From Asterias rubens (Eukaryota), in NCBI RefSeq assembly GCF_902459465.1, contig NC_047065.1, positions 21,390,001 through 21,454,000 on the forward strand: DNA of 64,000 bases, written 5' to 3'. Every line of letters starts with the position of its first letter. Within the stretch, counting starts at the first letter, position 1. Shown here piece after piece: positions 1 through 13,200 of this stretch. Both the position numbers and the translations under genes were made by a program. The notes beneath the pieces are model-generated. The model did not search any database. It saw only the letters and a list, made by a program, of their open reading frames with translations, and had not been told where the DNA came from.

Positions 1-232
1 ATGAACATAAGACTATTTTTAAATCAAATACTTTCTATTAAATTTGAAAATGTATTGACCAATCAAACTATTCAACTTCAGGCCTCTTTTTCTCTTGTAG
101 ATATCTAAACTGTTATTACAAAGTGTTAAATGTGCCCCACAGCCCATTATTTATTTAATTTTTTTTTTTTGGAAAAACACATTTGGAAGTTTTTTTAAAC
201 TACTTTTTCAGAGTATGCTAACTATTTCTTCT

Positions 233-271
<39 letters not shown>

Positions 272-382
272 CGCATTTGAAGTTGATTTTTTTTTTCAAA
301 CTACTTTTTTTTCAGAGACTACTAACTATTTTTTCTTTTTAATGTTCTCCTAATGAAATATTTTTGTTTGTTTGATGTGTAG

Positions 383-1078
383 GCATAAAAAGATGGCTTT
401 ATTGCGACACATGAGCGTCAGTGACAGTGCCTGTAACCTCTGCTTTGACAGGGAGGCAAATGTTATACTTAAACCATGCAACCACAGGTAGGTCATCTTT
501 TAGATGCTCTTTTTGTTTTTGGTTTAAAGGTAAAGTATACCTTTGGTTTTCGGAACCATTCGTTTGCTTTAATCCTACATGAATGAAGATATGTAGTGTA
601 CAACAACAACAAAAACCTGTGAAAACTTCATTTCAAAAGATAGTAGTGTTTTTGAGATATCTCAAAATATAATGTTTTAAAGAATTTTTACTCCTGTTGC
701 TAGAATTCTGTATTTTCTTATTTTTACGTTTGTCTGTGAAATTTACCAACCAAATTTCCATTTGTCGCATATTGCTTGATACTGGTGTTCAGCTGTTGTT
801 TGCTTATCATGAAAATTACGTGGAAATTTGGTTGGTAGTCCTGTTTTGATTAAGGAAGCAATTTCATGCTAAGCAAATTTTTGTGCTTACAGGCTTTATG
901 AAATTGAGCCCTGTGCCTCTTTCTTCAAATTTACCATTTTTTTCTTTTTTCTTTTTTCCCCTTTTTTATCAGCGGAGTGTGCATGGAATGTGCAATGCAA
1001 CTTGAGCAGTGTCATCTGTGCAGGAGTCCCATAGAACTACGTGCCTTGCACAGTGTCACAGAGGTCGTCCAATCATGA
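383..1078 (+). CDS. RSPRY1: RING finger and SPRY domain-containing protein 1, last two coding exons (gene begins upstream of window)
   Basis: Exons 383-487 and 973-1078 (AG/GT, phase 2) splice to HKKMALLRHMSVSDSACNLCFDREANVILKPCNHSGVCMECAMQLEQCHLCRSPIELRALHSVTEVVQS*. This is a C3HC4 RING matching the recalled RSPRY1 C-terminus ([49 protein letters not shown]). Confidence 0.9.
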
Positions 1079-3639
1079 CAAAGCGATTAACAAAGAGATT
1101 GTACTTCATGTCACCCCAAATCAACGAAGGCCAAACTGGAAGGGACGGTAAGCCACTGCTTCTTGGCTGGTTAATTATAATCGAGTATTTTCAGGTAACA
1201 TGTCAGGAACATAGCCTGTGAAAAACTTTCACTCAAGTAAGTGCTTGGGTTTTCAAGAACATGCCAGTCTTTTGCACTTTCAGTTGTTGGGACTTGCTGT
1301 TGTTGTTGTTCTATTATTCCCTTTTTTAAATAATCCCCTTCTTGGGGACAAGTTTAAAAAAAGAAAAACATTGCAGGACTATTTTATTGTGTAAAAATCC
1401 CTGCAGCTGCGTGTATGCCTGCATACAGCACTTGATCGGTCATATAAAGGTAGCAATGTTTTAAAGTGTTCTTCTTTCAAGATTTCACCAACAAATATTT
1501 GTGGGTGGGTCAAAAGAAAATACTTGGAAAATCAAACTCGATTTTCAATTTGAAAATAATTAGGAATTGTTATGGAAATCAAAACGTGCAGTGGGTGGGG
1601 GGGGGGGGGGGGTAAAAACAAAGATTAGGAGAGAAAAAACTGAAAACTTCAAAACATTGCCAATTCAGATTGGCCCCTTTCTCTTTTTGTTACATGTTTG
1701 ATTGCAGATTTTTTTTGTATTGGACCTGGTAGGACAACATAGAGTTGGATTCTAAGAGTTCTAACAATTTTTAATGTGTGACCCGACACACGATGGCAAA
1801 ATCTGGCATTTCTTGCTAATATTCAATTGATATTAGAATTGAAATGAATTTTATGTTCTATCTTGACATTCTATATTGTTGAGAAATACGTACCTTATTT
1901 GTCCTATGCTCCCATGTCACACACACAGTGACTGTGCCACACTCGGCGGGTAAGCGTAAAATGCTGCGTCACATATAATATGCACTACACTGTAGAAAAG
2001 ACCCCTGGCATTGGCCGTCGTCAACGAGACCAAACAATGGAAATATGTGCGCACGCCAGACACGCAGTGGAAAACCCTCTCTCTTAACTATAAGTGCGGC
2101 CTCGCTACCATGATCAGCGCGCCGTATCGATACCTCTCATCACTAACCCCTGGGAGAGATGTACCAAGAAACAGCGCTGATTGGCTCAGGAAATTGGTCA
2201 TGCATTAGATGTCAAGTGCGTGCGCGCAGTTTTAAGATATTTGCAAGTTGATCATGCCTGCAGTTTTTATGACACGAACACGTTTTTTTTAAACAAAAAC
2301 AAAAGTGTTCTTTGAGACGAAAGACATGCGTACGCGCATAGAAAAGATTAAATATAATACGCTCATTTAAATGTGCTAGCTTATAGCACATTTAAATTTT
2401 GGGTAATGATCGAGCAAGGCATGCTGGAAAAAAAATGGTGCAGCGAGATTGATCACCCCTGGGAACGAGGTTTGTTTCTACTTGCAGTACACAATACACT
2501 AGACATGCGGCTAAGTTTCCCATCTGAGAGATAAGGCAAATTATAGTTGAGCGTCAGTGCTCAAGGACACAAGTGCCATAAGCAAACCCATTTTGTGACA
2601 ACACCAGACGGTGCACTAGACAAAATTGTCCAACTCATGACCTAAGAACTCTAAAAAGAATTAAGTAGATTTAATTAACATTTATCTACTCTCCAATTTT
2701 ATATACAGAGTGAGAATGAATTTAAAGTGGATATATATTTTTGGGTTTGTTTTTATTATTGGTCAAAAAAGATGTGCTAATTGTATATAGTTTGACAGGG
2801 GAGACTGGGTCGACATTGACAACTTTGGCAGTGGCTTAAAGTTCACTGTAGCCAACAGCCCTATGGTTCAAGTCGCTTGATTCAGGAATAGTCAGAGAGT
2901 GAATTACCTTTAGGATTAGCAGGTTCCCATCCTAAAGGAGAAGTTAAGCTCACAATTTTTGCTTAGCAAATAAGATTAACATTTAGACTGAACATGTTAC
3001 CAGCCAAAATATTTATAAGTATGTAATTTTTAAAGGGCTGTGATCACATTCAGATAATTTTTTACACAGTGATTAAATTTGACAAACAATAGTTCTTTGC
3101 AGCTTCTATTTCGCTCAGAAACTAAGATGAATCCAAACTTGCCTTTAATTTAAATGTTTTGAGCCCCCAATTGATAAGGTCACTACTTGCATATTGGATG
3201 CAGTTACCGATGCTGTTGGGTAGTACTAAGGGTAGACTAGACTAACTTCGGTCAGTTTTCATGCTGCAAGTCAAAAACTAAGTAATTTGTGAGTTAGATT
3301 TGTATGATGTCGTCAGTTACAAAGCCTATTGTTCCATTTGAATTCCTCCGACTATATCCAGTGTTGCTAATGTCACATGGATAGTGGCAAGCTTTTGTTT
3401 AGTTGCATAAGAGACGACAAACACCCAGTGGCATTGTTCTAGACATCATTCAAAACCTAACTCGCAAATGGCTTGTTAAAGTCATAGGAAAAGAACTTAA
3501 ATCATGAGTGCCTTAATGCAGGGTGAATGGAGGTTGCTGGTAATTTGTTTCAATGTTTATTTATTCTTGCATCTATCCTGTATTCATTCCTTGATCTGTA
3601 ACCTCATTGCTCATTTTGTAAATCACTAAAACTATCATA

Positions 3640-4376
3640 GGGTGCGTTCGATAAGCTTCCCTGGGTCAACCCAGCAGTGCTCACTCGGGTGATCCCCTGA
3701 CAAGAGCTAATCGAACAATCACACTCGCCCTCTCGCGGCTACGTCATGCACCTCAGGTCACCCCAAAGTGACCCACTCCATAAGCAGGGCACTGGGGGCT
3801 AACCCAGGTGAGCCCCGTCAAAGCTATTCGAACGTACCGGGGCAGACCGGTGTGGCGGTTTCAACTTTCCGCTGTGTTCAGTTTTCCGAATGACCAAATA
3901 CGGTAGCATTACGTCATGCGATGCTTGCGCACAGCAAGCGAAAGTAGTCCATTTTTAGTGCCGTATTGAGTCATCCGTTACCCTCCGGTAGCTGTCATGG
4001 TGGCGTCCACAGGTCGAGTACAACTAGCGGCAAACGCGTGGATCGTATGAGTTGTTTTTTACGCAAGCAGAGTGTGACCTGCCTAAAGTTGTACCCATGA
4101 ATACATGTAAAGAGATTGGGCAAGAGATTATGCGACTACACAGAAAAGAATCGTAATATAAACAATTTGGGGTCACTGCTGAGAGAACTACAGTACTCGC
4201 CAGGGTACTCGCGGCGGTATCTGACAGGTCACCCGGAAAACTGAACACGCCGGAAAGCTAAAACCGTTCGAACAACGTGCTGATATGTTCGACTACGTCA
4301 CCCGGAAAACTGAACATGCCGGAAGACTGAAAACACCACACCGGGGTCGACCCAGGGAAGCTAAACCAACACACCC
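3640..4376. mobile_element. GGGTGCGTTCG-TIR MITE, interrupted by the Ginger-like insert
   Basis: Both halves align to the intact copy at 5717-5969. Confidence 0.75.
3851..4340. mobile_element. Non-autonomous TIR element, Ginger1-like (TGT...ACA, CCGG TSD), nested in a MITE
   Basis: Imperfect ~44-bp TIRs starting TGTGG / ending CCACA. CCGG is duplicated at 3847-3850 and 4341-4344, where the uninterrupted host copy (5717-5969) has a single CCGG. Confidence 0.7.
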
Positions 4377-5144
4377 ATTGTGAGATAATTAGTTGTAGTT
4401 GATATTTGTTTCCGATAGGAAAACCTACGAAAAAAACATCCTTGTTGCACAACTTTGTGTGATTTCAGATGCATAATAAAAGGATAATAAAAGGAGCTGT
4501 TTCTCACAACGTTTTATACTATCAACCGCTCTCCGTTGCTTGGTAACAAGTAAGTTTATATGCTGTCACATATTTTTAAGAATTTAGTTGATATCAGCAT
4601 AAAGCTGGGACCGGATTCAGAAAATGGTCGCAACAAAAGAAAGAAACAATAAGAATATTCAACTCTCATTGATTTTGTCATAAACTGTGTCCTAAACAGT
4701 CCACCCTGCAAAATGTATTTAATTTGTTACAACATAATAACCCGCTTATAACTCTGTAATATTTTGTAAATTGGTTAACTATCCAGAAGCAACTTGTAAA
4801 TATCTTGGCCTTTGAAATCTAAAGATATTTGCATTTGTGTAAATATGCTAGACAGTCTTATCTCTATAAACAGCTTCCTTCCATGGAGGTATAGTCCTCA
4901 ATACTCTTTGACAGGAATACTATTATGTTTCTGTTTGTATATGGGAGGTTTTGGTTAAATTTATTCTTTTTGGAATATTGTTTAGTTTGTTATTTAGGAG
5001 AAGGGGGGGCTGAACTAACCACTGTTAACCATATACATTTTATATATTATATAAGTTATCGTTAGAGGTAATTACTTGTTCGTACAGTCTGCAGACCTGA
5101 TGCTTCATGGAAGCAAAGTAGGCGATTGCCTCCATGCCCCACTG

Positions 5145-5387
5145 GGCCCAATTTCATACAGCTGCTAAGCACAACAATTTGCTAAGCATGACATTTCTTC
5201 CTTGGTTAAAACAGGATGATTACAAATCAAATTTCGACGTGATTTTCAGGATAAGCAACCAACAGCCGAGTACCAGCAAGAAGCAATATGCAACAAATGG
5301 AAATTTGGTTGGTAATCCTGTTTTTATCACAGAAGAAATTTCATGCTAAGCAAATTTGTGTGCTAAGCAGCTCTATGAAATTGGGCC
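5145..5387. mobile_element. Harbinger-like MITE (GGCCCAATTTCAT TIR, CTG TSD) nested in a CAGGCCTG-family element (5092-5511)
   Basis: CTG duplicated at 5142-5144 and 5388-5390; host sequence resumes in register. Confidence 0.75.
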
Positions 5388-5716
5388 CTGGTCGTTGCCA
5401 TGGAGCCCTTGAAATGCTACAGTAGAATTTACAATTTCCTTAAAGAGTGCCCTTTACAAAGGAGAAAATGCCTTGGTGCCCCGCCCTTCCAAACATTAAT
5501 CATACAGACTACAAAACTAGAAACCAGTGTTTTGGGGGTGAAATGCTCAGTAACTACTAGCCTTGACCGAGGTGTCAGTGTTTTATTTTCATTTATTTAT
5601 TTGTTTCTTGTTTTCCCTTTGCGCTATTGCGCTACCTGTCCGAGCTAGGTGTAATCTCTGTAATGTATACACACAGTGCTTGCGTGGTGTGCTGACTGCC
5701 TATGTATGCAGACAGT

Positions 5717-5969
5717 GGGTGCGTTCGATTTGCTTCCCTGGGTCGACCCTGCGGGGCTCACTCGGGTGAGCCCCTGACAGGAGCTAATCGAACGATCACA
5801 CTCCCAATCTTGTGATGTTGTCATGCACATTGGATCATCCCCAAGTGACCCACTCTACAAGCAGGGCACTGGGGGCTGACCCGGGTGAGCCCCTGGAAAG
5901 ACGTCAAAGCTATTCGAACGCACCAGGGGCAGACCGGGGTCGACCCAGGGAAGCTAAACGAACGCACCC
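5717..5969. mobile_element. GGGTGCGTTCG-TIR MITE, intact
   Basis: TIR GGGTGCGTTCGATTTGCTTCCCTGGGTCGACCC / GGGTCGACCCAGGGAAGCTAAACGAACGCACCC. Confidence 0.8.
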
Positions 5970-6740
5970 ATAATATACAAGTGCGGGTGACCCACACACA
6001 GTAGGGGGCGCTGTACTCAGTGTGATACACAAACTATGCATAGTGTACATCACGCGTAGGTTTATGCCATCTTTTTCAAAGTGGAAACTGTGAGGCTAAG
6101 TAACTACTAGACATTGTCCATTCTGTTGGCAAGTTATTGTGTCACACACTAGGGAAATTGCTGCCTGCCCAAAGTTTGGATGCACAGTCATCTACCATGT
6201 ATTACTAAACAATCTTGAGGGAGTCTAGTTGGTAAGACACTGTTCTAGAACTGCAAAGGTTGTGGGTTCAAATCCCATCCGAGTAATATTCATGTGATTT
6301 TTGTCACAGACCTCGGGAAAGTACATACATCGGTGTACATGGGTAAAACCAAAATGGATATTCTTCATCCCGATAAAATTTAACATAAAATCTTGAGGTT
6401 CACCACAAAGCACTCCTTTATCATTACTAACAATTCAACTAATGCATTGATCAAAATGTATTACATGTAATTGAATTTTAGAAAAATTTACAGAATAAAT
6501 GAACTCTTGGAAATGTTTTAATGATATAACAAAAACGCTTTTTGCATATTTATTTCTGGATGTATCTTTTATTGTTCGTTGAGGTCAAATGTTTGTCGTA
6601 ACTTTTTTTTATATTAGACAAAACAGGGACAAATGTGCCCAACAAGTCAATTTCCAGCTATATTTGAATCTCACCAAATATTATTAGCAAGACAATTTTT
6701 ATAAAGGGGAAAACAAAGTACTACTTAAGAAACATTTATT

Positions 6741-7130
6741 TTAAAGGCAGTGGACACTATTGGTGATTACTCAAAATCATTATTATCATAAAACCTTTCT
6801 TGACTACGAGTAATGGGGAGAGGTTGATAGGAAACATTAAGAAAAGCAGCTCCCTCTGACGTAGTTTTCGAGAAAGAAGAAATTTTCCACGAATTTGATT
6901 TTAAGACCTCGGATTTAGAATTTGAGGTCTCGAAATCAAGCATCTGAAAGCACACAACTTCGTGTGGCCATGGTGCGACAAGGGTGTTTTTTTCTTTCAT
7001 TAATGTCCCGCAACTTCGACGACCGATTGAGCTCAAATTTTCACAGGTTTATTATTTTATGCATATGTTGAGATACACCAACTGTGAAGACTAGTCTTTG
7101 ACAATTACCAATAGTGTCCACTGCCTTTAA
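6741..7130 (-). mobile_element. ~385-bp TTAA-flanked MITE, family A (Kolobok/T2-like)
   Basis: TTAA-AGGCAGTGGACACTATTGGT TIRs at both ends. Confidence 0.85.
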
Positions 7131-8627
7131 TAATACTCATCAAAATAGTACCAGCATTATAGTAATAGCGTTGTTGCAACATACTAATAAAATAACTGTA
7201 TTATTGCCAAAATTTGAAGGGAATAATTTCTCTAAATAGTTTACACTATCGACAGCAGTTAAGTGACCACGTGAGTTTTTATCGTTTATTTTTATTTTTA
7301 GTATTTACCAATCTATAACCCTACTTAATGCATAGCTGAGAAGCAGATGTTAAATTATGTACAACGAAATCAATAGATATACAAAAATAATAGTATAATA
7401 CTATAAATAGAAGCAGCTTACAAAACTTACAAAAATACCATAAGTACTGTATGAATACAATAGCATATTAAACAAATCCAGTACTGTAGATTTTGAGGCC
7501 ATAAAATGGAATACAATTTCAGATGCAAACCCTGTACAAAACATGTGATATATAATTTAGCACCTTATAAGGGTTTACAAGGTGCTACGGCGCATACAGC
7601 AGCCACAGCCAGGAACACCAGGGCGAACCCCGTATCTTTTCGATAAGTGCACTGGGTTCTTTTGCATGCATTACACAACACATGGGACCAACGGCTTTAT
7701 GTCCCATCCGAAGGACGAAGCAATGGCCAAGTGCTTGCTTAAAGGCAGTGGACTGTTAAACAAGAAGTGGCTGTTAAACAAAACTAACAAAAACCCAATG
7801 AATATTATACTTCACAAGTACATATTATTAAACAAATCTAGTACTGCAGATTTTTAGGCTGAAAAATGAATAAAATTTCAGATGAAAACCCTGTACAAAA
7901 CATATAAATCATCCAGTTTAAATGCTTTTAAACCTTTTCTCCTTTGGGATCAAAAAGGGTCAACTCTTCACCTTTAAATATAGAAGCAGATTACAAAAAT
8001 ACCATAGCTATTGTATGACTACACCTCTCTTAACATTCATGCACTGACGTCACCATTCTAACTCAAATTTAATGAGGCCATCGGCGCACGCCATGCCACC
8101 AACAGTACCAGCCACTCGATCCAAGTTGCTGTGGCTGCGCCAATAGCCTCGTTTTGGGTTTATTGTGATGTCATGCATAAATATTAAGAGAGGCGTATTT
8201 TATACTCTACAAGTACATTTATTCTTTAAAAAATCAGTTACTGCAGATTTTTAGGCTATAATATGAATACAATTTCAGTTGAAAACTTTGTACAAAACAT
8301 ATATAAACAATCCAGTTTGTTAATTTTAAAAAAAATTCTTTTGCAGCTAAAAAGAAAGCATATTCTAATTTCTTTGCCTTAGATTTTAGTTTGACTGTTA
8401 ACACTGGTGACATCACAGTTTGTTCAACACTTTGTAGAAGGACATAAAACCATTGTGTCTCAGTGACATTAATGTGCAAACCATTTAAAGTTTCCAAATT
8501 CATGTTCCATCAGCAATGAGTAGTTGTGATAATCATAATTCTCCATCCTCACACCTATAAAATGAGTTGTAAAAAATCTTTGGTTAAAAATTGAGCTGCT
8601 CAAAAGTTAAGTTGAAACATCTGTTTG

Positions 8628-9920
8628 CTACATCCACGTATCCTTTTCATTCACATCAACAGCAACGACCAAATCCGTCTCGTCCAGAGGTTCCCTCCTC
8701 ATTTCAACTTCTTCATCTTTGTCCCGAGACCCCGGCTCGGGTTGGGCTGGATAACTCTGTGTGGGATAACCGTGGCCAGGCGATATGGGGGTCCGAACCT
8801 TATTGTCCGGTTTAGAGCGTGCCTTTAGTTTGCTGCGGAACAATGGGATACGGTCGCGGTTCCAGCAGAGGAAGATGGAACCAATGATGCATGTGAGGAT
8901 TACTAGTCCAGGGATGATCATGGACATCACAACGATTGCGAGACCGGCTGAATATGTGATTGCTGTAGGGAAAGAAACAAGGGATAATGTTTGTTTTTAA
9001 GGGAAGGTATATTATGTTTGGTTATTGTTGGCCTATTATGGCTCTCTTTCAACATCAGTCTTGTCACAGTTGCCAGATAAGACCTGTTAAAGGAGAGCCA
9101 TAACACCCCAACAAGGTGGGTCAATGTTTGGTAATTAATCTGAAAGTTAATGGCTATAGACAAACAAAATTGTTAAAAACCTTCACTGATCATTCAGAGA
9201 TAGGGCACATTTTGAGAAACATTTCAATAATAATATTATTAATATGATAAGATATCAATTTTTATATGCTCCGAATCCAAATTTTGAATTGATTCTCAAA
9301 TATGTGACTACTTTTGAAAAGAAATAATTTCCAACGGTTATTTTTATTGTACATAATTTACATTTTTATAATAGGATTTCCAATTTTACTGGTTCCAAAG
9401 ACCAAAAGTTATTTAAATAAGCTGTGTCAGTTGCACTTCTTGGAAATAAACAAAATAATAATCAATAAAAGTTGTTAAAATGCAAATTATATTGTCTAAT
9501 TTCAATATACCATACCATGTTTCTTATATACATTTTTTTAAACCAAATGAAATAATCAGTTCCTTTTTCTGTGTCATGAAACAGGTGAAAAAGAAGGTGT
9601 GGCAATAATAATAGATTCTATCCCCCGGTTTTCTAGGCCACCAGACCAGCGGAAAAAGTGTGTTATCTTCATAAATCTATATTACAATTAGTACATCCCT
9701 CCAGAGGAGTATAGTCATACCATGGACTCAATGATGGAGGAAGGAATGGTCATACACACAGAAGTCTGCTCTTTTACAAAAAAACAACAAAAACATTGCT
9801 CCTTATTAAATTAATTTAAACAAAATAAAAATAGACAAATTCATATTGCTTACCACTTACTCCTCCAAAATATGCACAGAACAAAACAACAACCACTAAA
9901 AACGCGTGAGCATTTGCCAT
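8628..9920 (-). CDS. Uncharacterised 133-aa protein: signal peptide, transmembrane helix, Pro/Tyr- and acid-rich cytoplasmic tail
   Basis: Exon 1 9920-9854 (MANAHAFLVVVVLFCAYFGGVS, donor G|GTAAGC) joins in phase 1 to exon 2 8962-8628 (acceptor TTTCCCTACAG; AITYSAGLAIVVMSMIIPGLVILTCIIGSIFLCWNRDRIP...VDVNEKDTWM*). No family recognised. Confidence 0.7.
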
Positions 9921-10215
9921 GGTGGTCTTTAACAAAATATCCAGCCTCTTCTTGACAAAAGTAAACAATGTGCCTTTATTTTGCAGGGACAAAATCAGTT
10001 TTGACAGTTCAGTTTGATGCCTCACTCACACACACACGCACAACATCAACATCCGCGTTTTTTTTTGTTATTGTAAACAGCGCCCTCTATGGGTTTAGAA
10101 TTGACACAACTTTCACACATTACTTTACACACCATCACACTCGATCTTCAAAATCATCAAAATACCACAAAGTGCTACAGATTTTACTGCTAGAGAAACT
10201 TGCAAATTCCCCACA
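9921..10215. promoter_or_regulatory. Probable bidirectional promoter (orphan TM gene / PSME3IP1)
   Basis: Divergent start codons only 295 bp apart. Confidence 0.55.
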
Positions 10216-13200
10216 ATGGCGAAGGATGGTGGTTCATTCATGTCATTTGTTTCAGAGTCAGAAATTGACGAGAAGCGGAAAAAAAGACAGGAAGAATGGG
10301 AAAAAGTTCGCACCGAAGATCAGCCGCAAGGTAAGTTGGTGGGAAATTCAAGCGTTATACGTGTAATTCCGACATCAGGGGGGTTTGTTGAATGTTTTTT
10401 GGGATTTTTTGTGTGTAGGCCTAGTTAAATTAAAACCAAATGTAAAAATATTTTGAATCATGGGGGGGGGGGCGGGGTTGGTGTTAATGCACCTCTGTAA
10501 TTTAACTGACATTATATCACAGTCACACACTAAGCTTGGTTGGGCGGTTCCAGAATTTTGGGGCTCGGTTCCGGTTAAAAAAAAAGCTTGGTTCTGAGAC
10601 ATACCCGGTTCCACTCTATATAAAACATAAGCCGCCGTCCCGAGCTCACACAAACACAATTGAGCCGATCTATTTTAACTGAAAATAACCAAGTTAATCA
10701 GACATCGGTCCCGAGCTCACACACACACAATTGGAGCCGATCCATTTTTAACTAAAAATTAATACCAGAATACCCACCAATCAGACATCGTGCGACCGAC
10801 CACCTATTCTCCCTGCATTTAAACAAGTCTTTGATTTGGCCGACAGTGTCCGTATATGTAGAGAGTGCAGTACGTCCATAGTGCAGTACGTCCGTAGTGC
10901 AGTAGGTCCGTAGTGCAGTACGTCCGTAATGCAGTACGTCCGTAGTGCATGCAGTGTGCCGTCTGTGTACATACAAGTGTACATGCATAGGTTCGAGCGG
11001 CAACGGTTAATCTGGTCCAATACGTACAATTTTGACAGCTAGTCACCAGATTTGCCCCATTTTTACCACTTTCAAAAATCATGACACAAATTCTGAGGGT
11101 ATGAACTTAATCCGCAATGTCTAATGCAGCCTGCCATAATTCTCAAAACACCATTTAGGAAATATTTCAAAGAAAAATGGACAAAAACTTACCAGATCCT
11201 GGAGCGAATTCATGAACCTGTCGCATCGCTTTGCAAACGCATTGTTTTGTTGTTGGGCTAAACCATTCTGTAAAAGGGGTGTTACAATGTTGCAGTGCGT
11301 GTTAGTTGCGGTAACGTAACCCTCCTGCTGACGGCATAGCCGGAGGGTTACGAAGCAAACGCAATTTGTGCAGGGCGAAATGGTGAAAAACGTACAATTT
11401 CGACAGCTAGTCAGCAGATTTGCTCCATTTTTACCACTTTTGAAAATCATGACACAAATTCTAGAAACACGAACTTGATCCTCAATGTGTAATGAATCCT
11501 ACAATATCACTCAAAACACCATTGAGGAAATAATTTGAAGAAAAGGCACAAAAACTTACCAGATTCCTTACTTATCATAACCCTCTGGCCTGGCGGCCGT
11601 CGGGAGGAGGGTTACGTTATCGCAACTAGACATAGGCATGCATCAAACATTTTCTCCATACATAACTCATTAATTAAATTAACATAATGCCTAAAATTAA
11701 AGACACTGAGTACATGTTTGGTAATTGTCAAAGACCAGTCTTCTCACTTGGTGTATCTCAACATATGCATACAATAACAAACCTGTGAAAATTTGACCTC
11801 AATTGGTTGTCGAGGTTGGGAGATACACATGTAATAATGGAAGAAAAAACACCCTCGTCAGACGAAGTTGTGTGATTTCAGATGCTTGATTTCAGGACCT
11901 CAAAATCTAATTCTGTAATCTGAGGTCTCAAAATAAAATTTGTGGAAATTTACTTTTTCCTGAAAACTACTTTACTCCAGAGGGAGCTGTTTCTCACAAT
12001 GTCTTACACTATCAACAGCTCTCCATTGCTTATTACCACAGATTTACATTAAACTTACAGTTTACACCATTTCATTTGAAGATAATGGTAGTAGAAAGCG
12101 TACCTTAAAATATAAGTTGCTGAGGTGCTCTAGTTTTTGAGAAATGAGTAAAACAATGTCATGAAAATACGTTTTATACATGCTAAAATAATTTTCGTCT
12201 CATGATCAATGAGATGAAAATTATTTTCATGACATTGTTTTACTCATTTCTCAAAAACTACAGCACCTAAGCAAGTCATATTTTCAGGGAAGCTTTCTAC
12301 TATCAGTATCTTCAAACTGTGTAAGTTTAGTGTAAATCTGTGAACTTTGTGTTTTTTGTCCTACAAAAAGTTCATAGACCCTTTCAAGTTTGTGTTAAAA
12401 GTGTGTTTATACTTAGTATGCAAGGTAATATTTTCTTCTGCAGAATGTCCTGAAGAGGATACCGACATGAGATGCCTCTACGACAAACTTCAAGAACAGA
12501 ATGACAAGAAGCAAGAAGATTTTGAAGAGCAATTCAAATTCAGTAAGTTGAAGTAATTGCATTTAGAAAAGAATATCTGACACATAACTGATGGAATATT
12601 TACAAGTTGAATAGCGTCTGACTGGCAACCTGGAACAAAGCTATTGACAAAGAAGGGAGACCGCCGACATTTGGGCTAGGTTTAACTCGGTTGAGATCGC
12701 GGAATGTTAATCTGGAGGTCGCAGAATTTAAGTTCTGCTCCAGTTAATTTCTCTGTTTATACTAAATTATTCATAATGTAATGAACATTTCCCTTACTTA
12801 TCAAATCTGCGGAAGAGCCAAATTGCATAAATTATGTAACTTTGATTGTTTTGTTGTTGTTTTGGTTTTTAAAGTTTTGTTTTAAAGCCGTTGGACACTT
12901 TCGTTAAACAGCATTGTCCAAGGCCCACACTTCGTGTACCACAACTTATATATAAAATAACAAACCTGTGAAAATTTAGGCTCAATCGGTCATCGGAGTC
13001 TGGAGAAAATAATGGGAAAACCCACCCTTGTTTCCCCACAGTTTCTCCGTGTCATGACATGTGTTTAAAATAAATCCGTAATGCTCGCTATCGAGAATTT
13101 GACAATGTTTTAATGTTTTCTCAAAAAGTAAAGCATTTCATGGAAAAATATTTCAAGGGAAGTCTTTCACCATTACCTTCTGTAAACCCTGTAAATTATT

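Noticed and set aside
6222-6290. tRNA-like A/B box sequences (also ~30400, 35720, 41720, 56280, 63890)
   Set aside because: No complete cloverleaf could be drawn, and they continue into shared SINE bodies, so they are SINE heads, not tRNA genes.
10865-10949. Short regular repeats (also 52408-52588 and 58590-58740) as possible CRISPR arrays
   Set aside because: Units are contiguous with no unique spacers, there are no cas genes, and the context is eukaryotic.
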